From assembly GCA_964016885.1 (NCBI GenBank), contig OZ024757.1, forward strand, positions 4,464,001 to 4,528,000: a stretch of DNA of 64,000 nt, read 5' to 3'. The DNA comes from Eledone cirrhosa. Taxonomy: Eukaryota. Position numbers and translations under genes: made by a program. Of the stretch, positions 37,931-48,121 are shown in pieces. The notes beneath the pieces were generated by a model that searched no databases, was not told the origin of the DNA, and was given only the letters and a program-made list of their open reading frames with translations. Numbering within the stretch: position 1 is the stretch's first letter; the number at the start of each line of letters is the position of its first letter.

Positions 37931-40926
37931 TCTTATATATATATAAAGTGAAGTTGGGCGTTGTTTGTTTGGTGTCCCGAACTTGCAGGCTACACCGTTC
38001 ATCCGATTTTCATGAAACTTGACACATATAAAATTCGACCCGTAGATTGGAATAGGCTACTTGAAATTTTCGAAAATTGATAATCGGGCCCTCAGAAGCC
38101 AAAAATCGATATTTTCAAAAATCGTCCGATTTCGATGAAACTCGACGCAAGTGTGTATTTTGATTCGGGGATGAACGTGGGCTAAAAATCGATAATTGGA
38201 TCACGAGAGGCAAAAATCGATATTTATGAAATTTGTCCGATTCCAATGAAATTGGTGTACGTATGTATTTTGATGCGGCGATCAACGTTGGGTACTTGAA
38301 ATTTTCAAAAAATCGATAATCGGGCCCCAGAGGCAACCGAAAAACGCCATTCTCCTTGCTTCCATTTGTCGCGACTCCCACTATGCAAAAATCGTTCAAT
38401 CTATCAGGATTATCCACCGTAAGTCTCTTTAAATTAACCCTCACCATATTCAGCAAACCTTTTATACCGATTCTTCCATTTCTTATATAAGGACTATCAA
38501 GACTATACCGCCGCGCATCATCCTGTATTGCGCCCAGTCTTCTCAAGCGATCATCGAGCCTCCATGTGCTCTGTTCATTCCCGTGGTCCCACTACTGTAG
38601 CATAATGAGGCATCCGTCAACCCCTGCCCTCTCCCTTCCCTGCACGCCGTCGACCCACGGCATCGTTGTGCATCACCATGCGCATCTCTGCCTTGCCAGC
38701 CGCAATTCATTCCCCGGCCCTTTCCATTGCCTGCCCGCCGTGGTCCCTAAGGACTGCCACGGCTCAACATGCCGAATCCCTGCCCATTTCCATTGCCTAC
38801 ACTCCGGGAGAGCTCAAGACTTCCATGCCTGACCAAGCCACATCCCTGCCACTGTCAACCCCTGCCCTCTCCCTTCCCTGCACGCCGTCGTCCCACTGCA
38901 TCGTCATGCCTCACCATGCCGCATCCATGCTCTGTATTCCGCCATGCCCTCCCCTGCACGCCTTGGTCCTTCACGAGTCCCATGGCTCACCATGCGGAAT
39001 CCCTGCAACCGTCAATCCCGGCCATCTCCCTTCCCTGCAAGCCGTCGACCCACTGCATCGTTATGCCTCACCATGCCGCATCCATGATCTATCAGCCGCC
39101 ATCCCCTCCTCAGCCTTTTATTTTGTCTGCCTGCCGTGCTCCTTCAAGACTGCCATGCCTAACCAAGCCACATCCCTGCCACCGTCAACCTCTGCCCTCT
39201 CCCTTGCCCGCACGCCTTGGTCCCTCACGACTGCCATGGCTCACCATGCGGCATTCCTGCCCTGTCAACAACTTGCTCAAATGTCATCAGCATGGTCTAT
39301 TCCTGCGCCGCACATAACCGCCCATTATCTCAGATCAAAGTCAGCACCGAACATGAAGACGATCCTGTGTAAGTCTTTTTACATTCATTTTGACCATATT
39401 TAACAAAATGAAACAAAAATTCACCTTTCTCCTCCAAAGCCAACCGATCATGTATGGCCGATAAACATCCTGCCTTGCACCCGGTTTTCTCAAACAATCA
39501 TCGTGCCTCCCGGTGCTCTCTACATTCCCGAGGTGCAACTCAATTGGCCTGCCGCATACACGCCCTGTCAGCCGCCATGCACCCTGCCCTTTTGTCATGC
39601 CTCATCATGTTGCATCCCTGCCCTGTCAGCCGCCATCCACTGCCCGACCCTTTCCACTGCCTAGGCATGGCAGTCTTGAGGGACCAAGTCGCATCCCTGC
39701 CACTGTCAACCCCTGCCCTCTCCATTCCCTGCATGCCGTCATCCCACTGCATTGTCATGCATCACCATGCCACATCAATGCTGTCAGCTGCCATCCCCTC
39801 CTCAGCCCTTTCTTTTGCCTGCCCACAGTGCACCTTCAAGATGGCTTATTGTTGCCCCATTTGACCACCGATTTTCGCAGGCTAAACACAATACCAACGT
39901 GCACGATAATCCATGGTAAATCTTTTTAATTACATGTTCATCATGCTAAGCAAAGGATGAATAGCAACTCTTTCATTTCTCCTGACATGCCTTTCTGTCA
40001 ATTATGGCTGAGAAGCATCCTGTGCAGCATCGCGTCTTCTCAAGCGATCAGCGTGCCTTCCACTGTCCTTACAATTGACTCACAACGCCGCATCTATTCC
40101 CTGCGACGCCCCTAAACATCATCAGCATGGCTTATTTTATTGCCGCGTTTAACCGGCCCTCATTCTAGGCCATAAACAACAAAACCACACGATGATGCTG
40201 CGTAAGTCTATTTAAATTAATGGTTAACATGTTCAGCAAAACAATTGTACCAATTCTTCCTCTTCACCTCCAAGGCCTATCCATTACATTTTAGAGGTCG
40301 GGATTTGCAATTTCTACGATTTCAATATTGACACAACAGTCCGTCAGGTTTTTCGGCACATGTTGCTCAGATAGGAATATCAATGTGATTTTCACTTAAT
40401 TCGTAAGTGTTCAGTCTTCCGTATGCTTTTATTTTTTATTGATACAAAACCAACTACAATCATCTAACTTCACTTTGTAGGCTAGAGGCGAATCACAAGG
40501 AAAACAATCCTCCGATATACAACCCCACCAAATTCTTTGGTCTACCTAGATTTCAATGGTTATATCCTTTGCTTTTGTACGGTTGTACATTTGATAATGT
40601 CGCAAAACATTATTCCACTTGATTCTTACCTTTCAGCTATGAATTGGGCAGTGCCTTAAAATCCCAGTTTATTTGCGTGTAATTTTTTGGTATCTTATGA
40701 ATGGAGAATCGAAAACCCTTTTTCTCATAACCTGATACATGCGTTACACATGCTCCATGAATGTTTGTGGACTATTTTTTTCAAAATACCAATATCACAG
40801 ATTGGAGCACAAAAAGAAACGTTTGTTCTTCATTTATTTTGGTTAAAGCATCCTGCTGGAATTTAGCGCAGACCCATTTAAATCCAGCGCCTTATAACCC
40901 CGAGTGTAACCGGGTACACCAGCTAG
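37931..40926 (+). mobile_element. Putative non-autonomous Helitron-like element
   Basis: 5' A|TCTTATATAT..AAAGTG followed by GTTT repeats and CCGATTTTCATGAAAC-type subterminal repeats. Candidate 3' end is an imperfect GC hairpin (ACCCCG..CCGGGT) followed by CTAG at 40923-40926. The next base is A, not the expected T. Whether both ends belong to one element is unproven. Confidence 0.55.
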
Positions 40927-41354
40927 AAAGACAAATGGAAACATTGTTTCCTCAGTCCGATTTGACGAAAGTCGATTTAGTTCCTCAACAAATTAACAAA
41001 TCATACTTGAAGACACGTTGAGGCTGTTGCAAAGGGCAATAACCCTAGACACAATTTTGATCAACCTTTTTTCACCTATAGCAAATTTACCGGGACAGGG
41101 TTTTAGCTACTCAAATCTACTTCAGAGATCACGCATTCATGTAAAAAATCAATAAAACTTAAGCGGGGGTTCGATTTTGTGTGCGCAAAAAACAAGGCAA
41201 AGTTGTACATGGGAAAACTTTTTACAGGAACATCCGATTTTCTTGAAAACTGTCGTAAAAGACTCGCCATTATGCCGCGGTGCAGATAAAGTCCCTTTTA
41301 TTTCTTCTTCTGCACATAACATTTACATTACTCTATATATATTATATATACTAT

Positions 41355-41700
41355 GGAGGCACATGGCTTAGTGGTTAGAGCATTGGCCTTGCAATCGAAA
41401 GGTTGCGAGTTCAATTCTCAGACCGGGTGATGTGTTGTTTCCTTGAGCAAGACACTTTATTTCACATTGCTCCAGTTTACTCAGCTGTAGAAATGAGATG
41501 ATAGCGACTGGGGTCCATATCATTCCACTGCAAAGTGGTCGTGGAGGTGCCACGGAAAAAAAGCACCCAGCACTCACTGTAAATGAGGTTGGTGTTAGGA
41601 AGGGTATCCAGCTGTAGAAATCAAGCCAGAATCAGTTCCCGTCTCACCCTTGCAAGCAGGGAAAAAGCGGACGTAAAATGAAATGATGATGATCATGATG
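41355..41700 (+). mobile_element. tRNA-derived SINE with RTE-like 3' end
   Basis: A box TGGCTTAGTGG, B box GAGTTCAATTC, TCCTTGAGCAAGACACTT core. 3' part shared with the RTE 3' UTR. (ATG)n tail. TSD ATACTAT at 41348-41354 and 41701-41707. Confidence 0.88.
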
Positions 41701-42678
41701 ATACTATTGTATTTTCATGGTAAAGGCTTTACCTCACATAATATCTCACATAACATTTTCATTACTCTATATATACTATTGTATTTTCACAGTAAAGGCT
41801 TTACCTCACATACTATCTCACATTACATTTACATTACTCTATATATACTATTATATTTCCATGGTAAAGGCTTTACCTCACATAATATCTCACATAACAT
41901 TTACATTACTCTATATATACTATTGTATTTTTATGGTAAAGGCTTTACCTCACAAAATATCTCACATAACATTTACATTACTCTATATATACTATTGTAT
42001 TTCCATGGTAAAGGCTTTACCTCACATAATATCTCACATAACATTTACATTACTCTATATATACTATTGTATTTTTATGGTAAAGGCTTTACCTCACATA
42101 ATATCTCACATAACATTTTCATTGCTCTATATATACTATTATATTTTCACAGTAAAGGCTTTACCTCACATAATATCTCATAACACTTACATTACTCTAT
42201 ATATACTATTGTATTTTCACAGTAAAGGCTTTACCTCACATACTATCTCACATTACATTTACATTACTCTATATATACTATTATATTTCCATGGTAAAGG
42301 CTTTACCTCACATAATATCTCATATAACATTTACATTACTCTATATATACTATTGTATTTTTATGGTAAAGACTTTACCTCACAAAATATCTCACATAAC
42401 ATTTACATTACTCTATATATACTATTATATTTCCATGGTAAAGGCTTTACCTCACATAATATCTCACATAACTTTTACATTACTCTATATATACTATTGT
42501 ATGTTTATGGTAAAGGCTTTACCTCACATAATATCTCGCATAACATTTACATTACTCTATATATACTATTATATTTCCATGGCAAAGGCTTTACCTCACA
42601 TAATATCTCACATAACATTTACATTACTCTATATATACTATTGTATTTTTATGGTAAAGGCTTTACCTCACAAAATAT
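41701..42678. repeat. 72-bp tandem repeat, about 13.5 units
   Basis: Unit ATACTATTGTATTTTCATGGTAAAGGCTTTACCTCACATAATATCTCACATAACATTTACATTACTCTATAT. Gives 24-aa periodicity in the ORF track. Confidence 0.95.
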
Positions 42679-43039
42679 CGAATCTACGAGATTTTGATGT
42701 TGTTTATTTTGAGAACAATACCTTAACATCAGTATGAGTGGCCAGTTACAACCAGTTTGAACAGAAGAAAGAGGTGAGAGAATTCTGACCAGATATGGCT
42801 AGTTTAAGGGTTAAACAAGAGCAAAAAAGAAAGAAGAGGAGTAAAAAAGTAAAAATATTATTATTATTTTTATTAATAAAGAAATTAAAAAATTCTTCCC
42901 AACACAATATTTTATCTAAATAACAACAACAACAATAATAACAGTGTCCTCACTTTCAGCTTATATAGGTGGCAGGTTGAAAACCCCTGAGACTAGAGTG
43001 GGGCTCCACATGGTTGCAACCCCGGGACTAGGGCTAGCG

Positions 43040-43156
43040 TTAATCTCTACATTTCACATCAATCACTGTTTTACCCCGGCTGTGTCCGTTCTGCACATGG
43101 TTGTAGGCCTGAGGCAACTGATCAAAGGGGAACACTTTATCAATGACTGGTCGTAT
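43040..43156 (-). CDS. RTN4IP1: RTN4IP1 terminal coding exon
   Basis: IRPVIDKVFPFDQLPQAYNHVQNGHSRGKTVIDVKCRD*, matching the recalled human C-terminus IRPVIEQTFPF..GHARGKTVI. Acceptor TTTACAG. Phase 0. Confidence 0.92.
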   Translation of the reverse strand: MRPVIDKVFPFDQLPQAYNHVQNGHSRGKTVIDVKCRD

Positions 43157-43289
43157 CTGTAAACATAAGACAGGAGATTCTATTATTGGATGTAAGGAAT
43201 ATGTGTGGTGCGGTGTGGTGTGTGGTATAATGTGGTGTGGTGCGGTGTGTGTTGTGGTGTGGTGTGTGGTATATGAGAATGTGTATATA

Positions 43290-43828
43290 CAAGGCGGCTT
43301 CAAAACGTTTGACCTCAATACACCCGTACGTTCTCGTATTAACGTGTCATCACATGCTCTAACATGAACCCTTAAATACATGTTGCATCACGGCACCAGT
43401 TGGAAGTCAGCACCCACTCGAGCAACATGGCCTCCATCAAAACATCAAATTCATGTTGAAACTAGGGTGGAAGAGCAGCCAAATCATTGATGCTCTGGAA
43501 AAAGTCTATGGGAACAATGCCCCAAAGAAATCAACAACCTTACAGTCCTGATTTAGCCCCATCTGACTTCTTTTTGTTTCCAAAACTGAAAAAAATCATT
43601 GAAAGGAACCCATTTTCCATCAATTGAAGATGTAAAAAAAGCTGCTTTGACATGGTTTAAACTTTAAACCACATGGCCGAGTTTAACACAGATGGACTTA
43701 AAGGCTGGTATCAACGCTTGTAGAAGTGTATTGACCTAGCTGGAGCATATGTTGAAAAATAAACATCATAACTTAAACCATTTTTTCCAACTGTCCTTTT
43801 TCCACAAACGTTTTGAAGCCTCCTCTCA
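43290..43828 (+). mobile_element. Internally deleted mariner element
   Basis: Imperfect TIRs CAAGGCGGCTTCAAAACGTTTG / CAAACGTTTTGAAGCCTCCT with TA flanks. Encodes PYSPDLAPSDFFLFPKLKK (mariner YSPDL motif) and an N-terminal remnant (IIDALEKVYGNNAP). Confidence 0.85.
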
Positions 43829-44194
43829 TATATATATATATATATATATGTGAGTGTGAATGTATATATCTGAATGTATATATATATATATATATATAGC
43901 AACTGAAGCATTAAAAAATATATATATATTCAATGCATATAATATCATGATTCACAATATGTTAGGTCTGCAGTAAATATATTTCTTTTTTAAATCATGT
44001 AACTGCTGGACTGCTTCAGATAAATATGAATCTTGATTTGTTGAAACTTTATATATTAAAATTCATTTTAAGAAACCTTTTAATAGAGATGACACCATTT
44101 TTTAACTGTAAACTCAAAATATATTTCTTTCTGACTACAGAGTTTTTAAACTGTATTTCTAACTGTAAACTTTGATGAGTGATATATTTATATT

Positions 44195-44360
44195 AGGCGG
44201 CAAATTGCCAGAGTCATTAAGACGTCGGAAAGAATGCTTTACAGTATTTGTCCCACCTCATTGCACGCTCTGAGTTCAAATCCTGCTGTGGTCAACTTTA
44301 CCTTTCATCCTTTCGAGGTCGATAAAAAACGTACCAGTCCAGTACTGGGATCGATTCTTC
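44195..44360 (+). mobile_element. Diverged tRNA-related SINE
   Basis: CTGAGTTCAAATCC..GGTCAACTTTACCTTTCATCCTTTCGAGGTCGATAAAA..GTACCAG, related to 12173-12355. Confidence 0.75.
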
Positions 44361-45107
44361 CACTATAGAAAAAAATCGGCTGTCTGACCTGGAGAGGGTT
44401 GGGCTTTACGAGGTTTAAAAAGATACCGTAGATACACCGTATGACGGGGCTTCTACGACTCTACAAGGAGTTATGGGATCTTTATATATATATATATTAT
44501 CTGTTCTAATTTTTCCTGAGTGACTTGTATTGGTATTTTAATTAAACTCTAATGACACCCACGGTCTATACTCACTAATTGTTAAACAAAATGATTTGCT
44601 ATACGTAGCATATCACTGTGGGAGGAAACAATTGTCAGTAATTAAATGCCTTAAACTCTTAAATTCTTTGGTTTGTAAACAAACTGTAACAATATATCAT
44701 CATCATCACGGTTTTATGTCAATTCTTCCACGCTAGAATGGGTAAGACAAGTTGTCCCGTTGTGGCCAATGCTAGGTCAGGTGACCATAGTGGGAGCATG
44801 GAGTGAGGTGGGGTGAGACATACTTTATATATGTGCCCGTGGGAAGTCAGGATCTTCAAAATGGCCGACTGAATACACACATGGTTTTTTTTTCTCCCCA
44901 ATTTTTTTCTCATTTTCCTCATTACTTCCTCTCATTACTCTTTACTTCCTAGTTATCTTCTGATAAAAGACTAGTGCCTGAAACAGTAAGACTCTGTTCC
45001 TGCTATTTCAAGCGTCAAACTAATATATTTCTTCCATGTACTGTGCCATTTGTTTACCTTTTACACACACATGTATATGTGTGTGTGTGTTTCTATACAA
45101 TACTTAC

Positions 45108-45200
45108 AGTGCCATTGTCCACCAACTGACCAATACGTTCCAAGGCTCTCCGGTCAGGAATGAAGAAAGCCCAGCGATAACTCTGACCATTCTTTAGGTT
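45108..45200 (-). CDS. RTN4IP1: RTN4IP1 internal exon (93 bp)
   Basis: NLKNGQSYRWAFFIPDRRALERIGQLVDNGT (human YRWAFF...LVDAGK). Acceptor TTGCAG, donor GTAAGT. Phase 0/0. Confidence 0.92.
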
Positions 45201-45344
45201 CTGCAATATTAGACAAACTGTTGGGGTTTATATATAGAGGGGTAGGCTAGGGTTATGTGGAGGAGGGTGTTGATGGAAGAGGGAGTATGTTAAGGCACAC
45301 ATACATATGCAAACACAAACACACAAATTTTGGATCATAGGAGT

Positions 45345-45878
45345 GTAACAGTACCAACAAGAGTAACAACAGTAACAACAACAGTAACAACAACAACAGT
45401 AACAACAGTAACAACAACAGTAACAACAACAGTAACAACAGTAACAACAGTAACAACAACAGTAACAACAGTAACAACAACAACAGTAACAGTAACAACA
45501 ACAGTAACAACAGTAACAACAACAACAACAGTAACAACAGTAACAACAGTAACAACAGTAACAACAACAGTAACAACAACAGTAACAACAACAACAGTAA
45601 CAACAGTAACAACAACAACAGTAACAACAACAACAGTAACAACAGTAACAACAGTAACAACAACAACAACAGTAACAGTAACAACAGTAACAACAGTAAC
45701 AACAACAGTAACAACAACAACAGTAACAACAACAACAGTAACAACAATAACAACAACAACAGTAACAACAACAGTAACAGTAACAACAATAATAATAACA
45801 ACAACAGTAACAATGATAACAATAATAACAACAACAGTAACAACAACAACCATAACAGCAACAACAGTAACAACAACA
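45345..45878. repeat. (AAC)n-AGT compound microsatellite
   Basis: Direct reading. Intronic. Confidence 0.95.
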
Positions 45879-45925
45879 CATGGTGTTCCTATCATTTAAC
45901 ATTCCTATCATTTAACATTACAAAC

Positions 45926-46100
45926 CTCAAGAATATTACATCCAAGGGCAGTGGCAGAGCGTAGGATACCCATAGGTAACCCATGGGTGTCAGTGTCCTC
46001 AAGAAAAGGGGTCTTTATTGTCACATATTTGGCATTGCACCAATTCTTCAAGACATTCCGAGAGGGTTTCTTACCAAGAACATCAAGGTAGATGTCAAAC
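45926..46100 (-). CDS. RTN4IP1: RTN4IP1 internal exon (175 bp)
   Basis: FDIYLDVLGKKPSRNVLKNWCNAKYVTIKTPFLEDTDTHGLPMGILRSATALGCNILE (human FDFILDNVGG..YVTLVTPFL). Acceptor ACCAG, donor GTTTGT. Phase 2/0, matching its neighbours. Confidence 0.9.
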
Positions 46101-46109
46101 CTGGTAATA

Positions 46110-46475
46110 TAGAGAGAGGAGAGGTGAGAGTAGAGAGTTGTAGAGAGGGTAGCAGAGTGTGGTGAGAGTAGAGAGTTGTAGAGTGGTGTCGTGAGAGTAG
46201 AGAGTTGTAGAGAGGGTAGCAGGGTGTAGTGAGAGTAGAGAGTTGTAGAGAGGGTAGCAGGGTGTGGTGAGAGTAGAGAGTTGTAGAGAGGGTAGCAGGG
46301 TGTGGTGAGAGTAGAGAGTTGTAGAGAGGGTAGCAGGGTGTGGTGAGAGTAGAGAGGGTAGCAGGGTGTGGAGGGAGTAGAGACAGTAGCAGGGTGTGGT
46401 TGGAGTAGAGAGGTGCGGTGGGAGTAGAGAGGTGTAGAGAGGTAGCGAGGTGTAGTGGGAGTAGAGAGGGTAGCA
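46110..46475. repeat. 38-bp purine-rich minisatellite
   Basis: Unit GTGAGAGTAGAGAGTTGTAGAGAGGGTAGCAGGGTGTG. Abuts the exon acceptor. Confidence 0.9.
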
Positions 46476-46854
46476 TGTATTCTGTTAAATAGATATCCAG
46501 TGTCTCTAATCAATAGATTATATTGATTAGATTTTTTCGATGATCATTTACATAGATTGATTTTGAGCTACACTTTCCAGGTATGAAATAGCACTATAAG
46601 GTTTCTCTTATGTTTCCACCTATGTACATATTCTTCTATAGAATGTGTATGTGGTATATACAATATACCATCTTTCTTATACAATATATGGCTCTCTCTA
46701 TATATATACTTGGGGAGGGGCATACTGTTGTATATAAATATCCCCAAGTATAACAATATTTGTTTCGACACACGATTTCATCACTGTCTCTCTCTCTCTA
46801 TATATATATATACAATATATTAATAAATGGAAACTATATTTATAAAACCATATT

Positions 46855-46920
46855 TATTTTATTATATATATTTCAAGGGCAACCAAGGCAAATTATGGTG
46901 TGCTTTCATCAGATAAAATA
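46855..46920 (-). ncRNA. Type I hammerhead ribozyme, intact core, sense to RTN4IP1 pre-mRNA
   Basis: tattttat-CTGATGA-aag-c-acacca..tggttgc-c-ctt-GAAA-t-atat-a-TA-ataaaata. Perfect 8-bp stem I; stem II imperfect. Confidence 0.75.
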
Positions 46921-48121
46921 CAGATTTGTTTTATAAATAAATATTGACATACCCGGAAAAAAGATAACCTTAACGGTTGGAGCTTCCTGGATAGTGGAGA
47001 TAATATTTTAATTGAGGGTAATACAAAGTTATGAGTGAGTATGCAAATGAGTGTCTGAAAAGTTGAAAAGATAACGGTTTATTTAAATTAAACTGTTGGA
47101 AGAAGAGGATATGTAAGGGAGAGAGAAGAAAAGGAAGGAGAAAGAGAGAAGAAAGAAAAAATGATTATACATAGTGATAGTGAAGATAGTCAAAGTGAAG
47201 GAGGAAATAAATTTTAATGGAGGAATATACGGAACTAAATATATCTAAGTGAAAGAAGAAATAAGATTAACGTGGAAGAATAATATTTAGAATGTAGGGT
47301 TCATTACGTTGTGATTATAATATTTATAATGATAAGTTGAAAAATTAAATTAAAATTAAAAATTAAAAATCAAAATTAAAGATTAAAATTTACTTTAATA
47401 TTAAAAATTTAATTTAATATTAATACTAAAATAAAAAATTAAAATTAAAATAAAAAATTAAAATTAGAACAGAAGTATTTATATTATATTGTGCCTAAAG
47501 TAGAAACAATTATGTATTAGTAATAATATATTGGTTTAGATGTGTATGTTATGGATTATAAATTATTTAAATGTATAATATTTGTCGACTAGTATGGTTT
47601 GTGATATTTATACCTAAATATATACAAAAAATATAACTTTCTGAGTCCCAAAACATACCCAAAATGAGTAAAATATATAAATGCATGAATGATTTACAGT
47701 TCAATTATAACCGGTAATCTTACAAGTTATATATCCAAATTATATATTTAAAACAAAGACAAATATATATAAGGATCCGAATCTAAATTATAAATATCTA
47801 AAATAATCCAAAGGTGTGCATATTCATCAAGAGAACAAGTTAACAAATAATATGTTTATATACCTAAACAAGAAAAAATTTTATTCATTACTCAGAATTA
47901 AATTAAATATTTTGAATATTAACGGTCAACCAGATATGTTTAGATATATATTGTATATATGGATAATTGTCTAAAGACTTGAACATAAGTTATTCCTCTT
48001 TATCTCTCTCTGTGTAATCAACTCTCTTTTGTTTTTCTAGGCCCCTACTAACTAAAAATCTATGCTTTTCTTTTCTTTCCTCTTTCTTAAGTAATTTAAA
48101 TTATTTAACAGTTAAGCCAAA

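Noticed and set aside
40440-40640. Faint resemblance to a PIF1 helicase C-terminal motif on the minus strand
   Set aside because: It needs several frameshifts and is opposite to the inferred Helitron orientation. Not supportable by eye.
41355-41430. tRNA gene
   Set aside because: It has A and B boxes but no complete cloverleaf, and it continues into a SINE body with tail and TSD.
41683-42737. 326-aa ORF with 24-aa repeats
   Set aside because: It results from a stop-poor 72-bp satellite, with no splice or homology support.
42869-42874. Possible RTN4IP1 poly(A) signal (AATAAA on the minus strand)
   Set aside because: It lies in AT-rich sequence where the hexamer is common, so it cannot be supported without transcript data.
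44955-44995. Hammerhead-like CTGATAA...GAAAC-A-GTA
   Set aside because: G8 is mutated without compensation and stem II is mismatched. At best a dead relic.
45228-45911. Long poly-Leu, Cys/Tyr and Thr/Val ORFs
   Set aside because: They are translations of an intronic (AAC)n-AGT microsatellite.
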